Assembly: GCA_965228735.1 (NCBI GenBank)
Contig: OZ245838.1
Location: forward strand, 864,001-928,000
Direction of reading: 5' to 3'
DNA: 64,000 nucleotides
From: Planctomycetota bacterium
Lineage (GTDB): Bacteria; Planctomycetota; UBA1135; UBA2386
Shown here: one piece after another, positions 58,500 through 64,000 of the stretch
Layout of the letters: every line of letters starts with the position of its first letter
Numbering within the stretch: position 1 is the first letter of the stretch
Notes under the pieces: generated by a model
Told to the model about the DNA's origin: nothing
The model's input: the letters and a program-made list of their open reading frames with translations, nothing else
Database searches by the model: none
Program-made: the position numbers and the translations under genes

Positions 58500-58783
58500 T
58501 GGGCTGGCGCAAGAAGCGCGTCCGCGAGACGTTCGAGTGCCCGCACTGCGGCGAACCCGTCGTGGTCGGCGCCGCGGCGTGTCGGGAGTGCGGGAGCGAT
58601 GCGAGTACCGGATGGCAGGACGACGAGGAGGTCGAGTATCAGAGTATCGACATCCCGTCGGGCTGGGGGCCCGATGACGAGAGTCCCGGGCGACATCTCG
58701 AACGACCGCGGTGGTTGCCGTGGGTTGCGGGCCTGCTGGCGCTGTTGATGATCGTGTTCGTGCTGCGCTTCCTGCTCTTTTGA
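58499..58783 (+). CDS. Zinc-ribbon protein with a C-terminal TM helix
   Basis: CPHCG...ACRECGSD..TGW and a hydrophobic C-terminus. Confidence 0.8.
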   Translation: MGWRKKRVRETFECPHCGEPVVVGAAACRECGSDASTGWQDDEEVEYQSIDIPSGWGPDDESPGRHLERPRWLPWVAGLLALLMIVFVLRFLLF

Positions 58784-59232
58784 ACCCCTCACGCGAAGGA
58801 CACCCGGAGAACCGAGAGGCGCCGTCGCGAGGCGGCGCGGTGTTCGGGATCTGGGTCGGCTCGTTCGGCTGGCTGCTCGGGTTCCTCCTGGTGAGCCCCG
58901 ATCGGGTCGGCGCGCTGTGGATCGAGCTCCTGATCAGCGCCGCCGTCACTGCGGCGATCGCGGGCTGCATGCATGCGATCCTGTTGGCGCGGCCGGCGCC
59001 GTCCTTGGCGCGGGTCTGGTCCGCGATCGCGTTCGCAGGGGGCGGGTTGTTGTTGTGCTACGTCGCGGTCCTCATGCCCGCGCTGCTGGGCGAGCCGGCG
59101 CTGGTGGCTCGGCTCGAGCGCCTCGGCACGATCGTCGAGATCCCGCTCTGGCCGGGGCTCATGGTAGTAGCCGCCGGCGCGTGCGGCCTGCTGGTCACTC
59201 GACCGGCTCGCCGTCGCGCAACCGGCGCATGA
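58780..59232 (+). CDS. Hypothetical membrane protein (about 4 TM)
   Basis: TTG overlaps the upstream TGA. Strongly hydrophobic; the 3' end overlaps tgt convergently by 38 nt. Confidence 0.55.
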   Translation: MNPSREGHPENREAPSRGGAVFGIWVGSFGWLLGFLLVSPDRVGALWIELLISAAVTAAIAGCMHAILLARPAPSLARVWSAIAFAGGGLLLCYVAVLMPALLGEPALVARLERLGTIVEIPLWPGLMVVAAGACGLLVTRPARRRATGA

Positions 59233-60274
59233 GATCCTGCAGGAATTGGATGTTGTGGATCGACAGCAACGTGCCGGCCAGCATCTCCTTGGCCACCGAC
59301 AGATGCCGGATGTACGCGCGTGAGAACGTGCGGCACGTGTAGCACTCACACCCCTCGACGAGCGGCCGTTCATCGTCGGCGTACTGCAGGTTCCTGAGCT
59401 TCAGCGTCGTGCCGTCCTGGCCGAACGCCGTGTGGCTGCGGCCGTGGCGCGTCGGGACGACGCAGTCGAACAGGTCGACGCCCTGGCGCGCTGCCGTGAC
59501 GAGGTCCTCCGGCATGCCGACGCCCATCATGTAACGGATGTGGTCCTGCGGCAGCTCGTCGACGCAGGCATCGAGCGCGACCGCCATCTGCTGCTTGGTC
59601 TCACCGACGCTCAGCCCGCCGATCGCGTAGCCGTCGAACTCCATCTCCACGAGGGCCTGGGCGCTAGCAGTGCGCAGCTCCGGATCGACGCCGCCCTGGC
59701 AGATGCCGAAGACGGCCTGACCGCGACTGCTGCCGCCCCAGCTGTCGTGCAGGTCGCGCGCGCGCCGGGCCCAGCGCAGCGTGCGCTCGTGCGCTTCCCG
59801 CTGCAGCTTCGGCTCCGCGTCGCCCGGCGGACAGTGATCGAGCACCATCGCGATGTCGGGGCCGAGCTGACGCTGGAACGTGAGCACCGACTCGGGCGTG
59901 CAGCGATGCGTGCTGCCGTCGACGACCGACTGGAAGTCGACGCCATCGTCGTCGATGCGCAGGCGATCGGACAGCGAGAAGACCTGGAAGCCGCCGCTGT
60001 CCGTGAGGATGGGGCCGTCCCACGCCATGAAGCGGTGCAGGCCGCCGAGGCGTTCGATGCGTTCGGCGCCGGGGCGAACGTGCAGGTGGTAGCTGTTCGC
60101 CAGGATGAGCTCTGACCCCGTCGCGCGCACCTGCTCGGGCGTCAGGCCCTTGAGCGACGCGTAGGTGCCGACGGGTGCGAAGCACGGTGTCTCGAACGTG
60201 CCGTGCGGCGTGTGGTAGCGCCCGCGCCGCAACTTGCCGCGGGTCTCGAGCAGCTCGAACCGGAACTCACTCAC
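59195..60274 (-). CDS. tgt: tRNA-guanine(34) transglycosylase
   Basis: GTG overlaps the ruvB stop. ETP.F.PVGT, TDSGGFQVFSL, QGG, GGLSVGE, MGVG, FDCVVPTR and Zn site CECYTC...HN. Confidence 0.95.
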   Translation of the reverse strand: MSEFRFELLETRGKLRRGRYHTPHGTFETPCFAPVGTYASLKGLTPEQVRATGSELILANSYHLHVRPGAERIERLGGLHRFMAWDGPILTDSGGFQVFSLSDRLRIDDDGVDFQSVVDGSTHRCTPESVLTFQRQLGPDIAMVLDHCPPGDAEPKLQREAHERTLRWARRARDLHDSWGGSSRGQAVFGICQGGVDPELRTASAQALVEMEFDGYAIGGLSVGETKQQMAVALDACVDELPQDHIRYMMGVGMPEDLVTAARQGVDLFDCVVPTRHGRSHTAFGQDGTTLKLRNLQYADDERPLVEGCECYTCRTFSRAYIRHLSVAKEMLAGTLLSIHNIQFLQDLMRRLRDGEPVE

Positions 60275-61302
60275 GATTGCCCGAACGGCAGTTCGTCGCT
60301 GCCGAGGGGAGTTCCCGGTCGGGTGCCCGGCGCGAGGCCGAGATGGTCGTAGGCGCGCGGCGTCGCGACGCGACCGCGCGGCGTGCGCGCGAGCAGGCCC
60401 GTGCGGATGAGGTGCGGCTCGAGCACGTCCTCGAGCGTGTCCTCGGCCTCGTCGACCATCGCGGCGAGCGTCTTGAGTCCGACGGCATCGCCACGTTCGG
60501 CGAGCGCGCGGAGGAGCCGGCGGTCGACCTCTTCGAGGCCGAGCGCATCGATGCGCAGGCGCGCGAGCCCGGCTTCCGCGGTCGCAGGGTCGATCGTGTC
60601 CTGCTGCTGCACCTGCGCGAGGTCGCGGACGCGCCGCAGGATGCGCAGCGCCATGCGCGGGGTGCCGCGGCTGCGTTCGCTGAGCAGCTGCGCCGAGTCG
60701 GTCGGCAGCCCGATGCCGAGGCGTTCGGCGGCGCGGGTCAGGATCTTCTGGATGTCGCTCGCCGGATAGGGCTCGAGTCGCTCGACGATGCCGAACCGCG
60801 AGCGGAACGGCGCCGACAGCAGCCCCTCGCGCGTCGTCGCGCCTACGAGCGTGAACGGCTGGACGCCGAGGCGCACGCTGCGCCCGCCCGGGCCCTGGTC
60901 GAGGACGACGTCGATCGCGTGATCCTCCATCGCCGAGTACAGGTATTCTTCGAGCGTCTTCGGCAGCCGGTGGATCTCGTCGATGAACAGCACCTCGTTG
61001 CGCTGCAGCCGGGTCAGCGTGCCGGCGAGATCGCGCGGCGCGCCGAGTGCGGGGCCCGACGTGATCACGAGGTCGGTCGCCATGCCCTGCGCGATCAGGT
61101 GCGCGAGCGTCGTCTTGCCGAGGCCGGGCGGGCCGCACAGCAGCACGTGATCGAGCGGCTCGGAGCGGCCGCGCGCGGCCTGGATCGCGACGCCGAGGTT
61201 GTCGCGCACCTGCTCCTGGCCGACGAACTCGGAGAACGAGTTGGGGCGCAGGCTGCGGTCGAACTCGCGTTCGTTGGGGTCGCTGGGATCGTGGAAGACC
61301 AT
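60271..61302 (-). CDS. ruvB: Holliday junction helicase RuvB
   Basis: SLRP..F.EFVGQ, GPPGLGKTTLA, FIDEIHRL, GATTR, RGTPR, EP.L...RTPRGR. Confidence 0.97.
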   Translation of the reverse strand: MVFHDPSDPNEREFDRSLRPNSFSEFVGQEQVRDNLGVAIQAARGRSEPLDHVLLCGPPGLGKTTLAHLIAQGMATDLVITSGPALGAPRDLAGTLTRLQRNEVLFIDEIHRLPKTLEEYLYSAMEDHAIDVVLDQGPGGRSVRLGVQPFTLVGATTREGLLSAPFRSRFGIVERLEPYPASDIQKILTRAAERLGIGLPTDSAQLLSERSRGTPRMALRILRRVRDLAQVQQQDTIDPATAEAGLARLRIDALGLEEVDRRLLRALAERGDAVGLKTLAAMVDEAEDTLEDVLEPHLIRTGLLARTPRGRVATPRAYDHLGLAPGTRPGTPLGSDELPFGQS

Positions 61303-61362
61303 CGGGGCGGTCCCAGGATAGAGCGGCGGCGCGCGTGTTCCAGGGCGCGGCTACCGGCAGAT

Positions 61363-61390
61363 CGAACCCGGTTCCGTACGGCCGGGTTCG
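61363..61390. promoter_or_regulatory. Inverted repeat in the divergent ruvB/globin promoter region
   Basis: CGAACCCGG-N10-CCGGGTTCG; it overlaps the 19-bp motif shared with 21238-21256. Confidence 0.5.
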
Positions 61391-61424
61391 TGCCCGGCGG
61401 AATCCTGCTTGCACGGCGGGGTCG

Positions 61425-61826
61425 ATGGACGACGCTGATGAGGTGTCCTCATCCGCGGAGCTCCCGATCTTCGAACTGCTCGGCGAGGCGAAACTGCGGG
61501 CGATCGTGGCCGGGTTCTATCGCCGCGTGCAGGGCGACCCGATCCTGCAGCCGATGTATCCGGCGGCCGACTTCGCCGGTGCGGAGCAGCGGCTCGCGTC
61601 GTTCCTGATCTACCGCTTCGGCGGGCCGCCGACCTACCTGCAAGAACGCGGCCACCCGCGGCTGCGCATGCGGCACGCGCCGTTCCGGGTCGATCAGGCG
61701 GCGCGTGATCGCTGGCTCGAGCTCATGCTCGCGGCGATCGACGAGAACGACGTGAGCGCCGAGCATCGCGCCTATCTCGAGCGCTTCCTCGGCGACATCG
61801 CGACGTTCCTCATCAACTCCCGCTGA
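61425..61826 (+). CDS. Truncated hemoglobin, group II (trHbO/GlbO-like)
   Basis: FY.RV..DP.L.PMYP, RL..FL...FGGP..Y...RGHPRLRMRHAPF, RDRWL..M. Confidence 0.92.
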   Translation: MDDADEVSSSAELPIFELLGEAKLRAIVAGFYRRVQGDPILQPMYPAADFAGAEQRLASFLIYRFGGPPTYLQERGHPRLRMRHAPFRVDQAARDRWLELMLAAIDENDVSAEHRAYLERFLGDIATFLINSR

Positions 61827-61834
61827 CACTCCTG

Positions 61835-63508
61835 ATGACGAGTTCGACGGCGATCGTGCGCACTGCCGCGTTCTTGTTCCTGCTCGGACTCGGGCTGCGG
61901 CTGTTGTTCTGGTCGGCCGGGCCGGACGGTGGGCTCGGTTGGCACGTCGGATTCCAGGGCGACGCGCCCATCTGGCAGGACCTCGTGTTGCGGCTCGTGA
62001 CTGACCGGCCGGACCCGGAGCTGCGGTTGCCGTGGCGCGCGCCCGGGATGCTGTGGCTCGTGGGATCGCTCTGGGACGGCGGCGGCGCGACGTTCCTCGT
62101 GCGGTTCGTCATGGTGCTCGCGGGGGCGAGCGTCGCGCCGCTGTTCTGGCTCCTCGTCCGGCGGTCGATCGCCGAGGTCGCGGCGCTCTGGGCCGGGGTG
62201 TTCGCGGCGGTCTCGACCAACCTGTTGCTGCTCTGCAGCGGCGTGCATGCCGAAGGGATCTACCTCGCCGGCGTGCTCGCCGTGGTGCTGCTGCAGAACG
62301 CGCTGGTCGGTCGGGTATCTGCAGCCCGCACGATGCTCACCGTTCTGCTCGCGCTCGCGGTCGGTGCAGCCCACGCCGGCCTCGCGTTGCTGCGGCCGGA
62401 GCACCTGCTGACGGCCATCGCCTTGCTCGTCGTGATGAGAATCCAGGGCCTGGCCTGGCGATGGCTCGCGCTCGCCGTCGTTGCCGCCGTCTTGGCGCTC
62501 ACGCCGTGGCAGCTGCGCGCGTCGCGCCTCGTCGCGGAGTTCAACGCGACCGGTGCGCCGGGAACGCTCACGCTGCCGTGGGACGACGACGCGCGCGACG
62601 AGGTGCTCGCGCTGCCGGCGTTCGCGCATCGGCACGTGCTCGAGCTCGTCGATCGCACGGTCGCGCACCGCGGCGGCGAGCGCGTGACGATGGCCGATCT
62701 CGAGATCGTGCAGGAGGCCTACGGCAGCTGGCCGGGTTCGCTGTCGACCCCGATCGTCGCGCTCTACGGCCCGTTCAACTTCTTCCTCGCGTGGACGCCC
62801 GAGGCCGCGGGCGGCTACTCGCGCGCGGCCCTCGATCGCGACCCGCAGCTGCTCGGCGGCGCGGAGCGGTATCCGGCGTTCGTGCAGCGCACGGTCGGAC
62901 GCCAGAAACGCTTCGATCTCGGCTACCCGCCGCACCTCGACAAGGTGCGCAACGGCTATGGCCGCGGGCTCGCGGAGATCGGTGAAGACCCGATCGGATC
63001 TGCCGGGCGGGTGCTGACCAAGCTGTGGCATGCGACCGAGGGCGCCGTCGGCGGGCTCGGCGGCGCGGGCCTGCCGATCGGACTGTCGGGGCAACGTCGG
63101 CCCGTCGACCTGGTGACGGCGACGGGCTGGTGGGCGAACGCCTTTCGAGTCATCGTCGTGCTCGTTGCCGTTCTCGGGCTCTGGCGCGTTCGCCGGGAAC
63201 GCGCGCTCTGGCCGCTCTTCGCGCTGGCCCTCACCAAGGTCGTGACCGTCGCGCTGTTCTTCGGCTACGCCCGGCAAGGCGCGGTCATCGCCCCGGTCGT
63301 CTGGCTCGGGGTCGCCGTCGTGCTGGCGGCGCCGCCGCGGCTCGCGCGTCGGTCCTGGCTGCCTTGGGCCTTGGCCGGCGCGCTGCTCGCGTTCGACGGC
63401 GCGCGGGTGGCAATGGGCGTGACCGCCAGGATGGACGGTCACCCGGTCGTCGAGCGGGAGCCGTTCCCGCCCGACGACTTCTCGCTGCGAACGATCGAGT
63501 TCCGCTGA
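61835..63508 (+). CDS. GT-C-like (ArnT/PMT-like) membrane glycosyltransferase
   Basis: D motif after TM1, RAPG, (H)AE, LLRPE and PW..R motifs, with many TM segments. Confidence 0.6.
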   Translation: MTSSTAIVRTAAFLFLLGLGLRLLFWSAGPDGGLGWHVGFQGDAPIWQDLVLRLVTDRPDPELRLPWRAPGMLWLVGSLWDGGGATFLVRFVMVLAGASVAPLFWLLVRRSIAEVAALWAGVFAAVSTNLLLLCSGVHAEGIYLAGVLAVVLLQNALVGRVSAARTMLTVLLALAVGAAHAGLALLRPEHLLTAIALLVVMRIQGLAWRWLALAVVAAVLALTPWQLRASRLVAEFNATGAPGTLTLPWDDDARDEVLALPAFAHRHVLELVDRTVAHRGGERVTMADLEIVQEAYGSWPGSLSTPIVALYGPFNFFLAWTPEAAGGYSRAALDRDPQLLGGAERYPAFVQRTVGRQKRFDLGYPPHLDKVRNGYGRGLAEIGEDPIGSAGRVLTKLWHATEGAVGGLGGAGLPIGLSGQRRPVDLVTATGWWANAFRVIVVLVAVLGLWRVRRERALWPLFALALTKVVTVALFFGYARQGAVIAPVVWLGVAVVLAAPPRLARRSWLPWALAGALLAFDGARVAMGVTARMDGHPVVEREPFPPDDFSLRTIEFR

Positions 63509-63526
63509 TGGGCGCCGACCGGTCGG

Positions 63527-63655
63527 TCAGTTGCCGACCGTGATCCGGAGCCCGCGTGAGACCGTGAACCCGCTCGGTGCCGTGCCGTCGATCACGGCGG
63601 CCTGGAAGAACAGCTCGAGACCGGCCAGCGCGGCCAGGTCTGCGCTCGCCTTCAC
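63527..63655 (-). other. 42-codon ORF or remnant encoding the second half of the shared C-terminal domain
   Basis: GTG overlaps the peptidase TGA. It translates as [42 protein letters not shown]. Confidence 0.65.
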
Positions 63656-64000
63656 TCGAGCACGGCCTCGAGGAAGGCCCAGCGATCCGCGGCCTCATCG
63701 ATCCGTTTGCTCAACGGCTTGCCGGCGCCGTGGCCGGCCGACGTCTCGACCCGCAGCAGGATCGGCGCCTCGCCGCCCTGGGCTGCCTGCAGCGTGGCCG
63801 CGAACTTGTAGCTGTGGCCCGGCAGCACGCGGTCGTCGTGGTCGCCGGTCATGACCATCGTCGGCGGGTAACGCAGACCCGGTTCGATGTTGTGCAGCGG
63901 CGAGTAGGCGTAGAGGTAGGGGAACGCGTCCGGGTCGTCGCTGCGGCCGTACTCGCTGGCCCACGCGTGGCCGATCGTGAACGTGTGATAGCGCAGCATG
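63652..64000 (-). CDS. Prolyl oligopeptidase (S9A), C-terminal part
   Basis: MLRYH.FTIG..W..EYG, YSPLHN, DHDDRV, HS.KF, AGHGAGK. Runs off the window end. Confidence 0.9.
   Translation of the reverse strand, partial: MLRYHTFTIGHAWASEYGRSDDPDAFPYLYAYSPLHNIEPGLRYPPTMVMTGDHDDRVLPGHSYKFAATLQAAQGGEAPILLRVETSAGHGAGKPLSKRIDEAADRWAFLEAVLE

Overview
This is a high-GC, gene-dense bacterial chromosomal segment with about 47 CDSs. I saw no rRNA, tRNA, CRISPR array, transposase or phage genes. A Minf_1886-type (Planctomycetes/Verrucomicrobia-restricted) gene and the style of the secreted proteins suggest Planctomycetota; this is an inference. Housekeeping genes are a divergent DnaA-family gene with tmk and holB, a solitary dnaK, clpS, and ruvB-tgt. 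They are interleaved with many secreted or envelope proteins: S8, S9 and metallopeptidases, two VPS10/BNR propellers, a Kelch-like protein, DUF5060 and DUF2961 glycosidase-like proteins, an Omp85 barrel, a GldAFG-like ABC system, two GT-C-like membrane proteins, a PGRP-type amidase and a tetraheme cytochrome operon with a sigma54 promoter. The most interesting signal is an unnamed ~120-aa two-cysteine C-terminal domain. It ends four unrelated proteins, also occurs as a stand-alone secreted protein, and appears as a 42-codon half-domain ORF missed by the ORF track, so it is a candidate lineage-specific sorting or surface-assembly module. Other signals are: TANNNT hexamers 7-9 nt before many start codons (leaderless-type genes); a basic small protein that appears to start at ATC; a subtilase with Glu at the catalytic Asp position and three MAM domains; a DnaA paralog with an altered DNA-recognition helix; and short intergenic motifs shared between distant loci, one upstream of ruvB.
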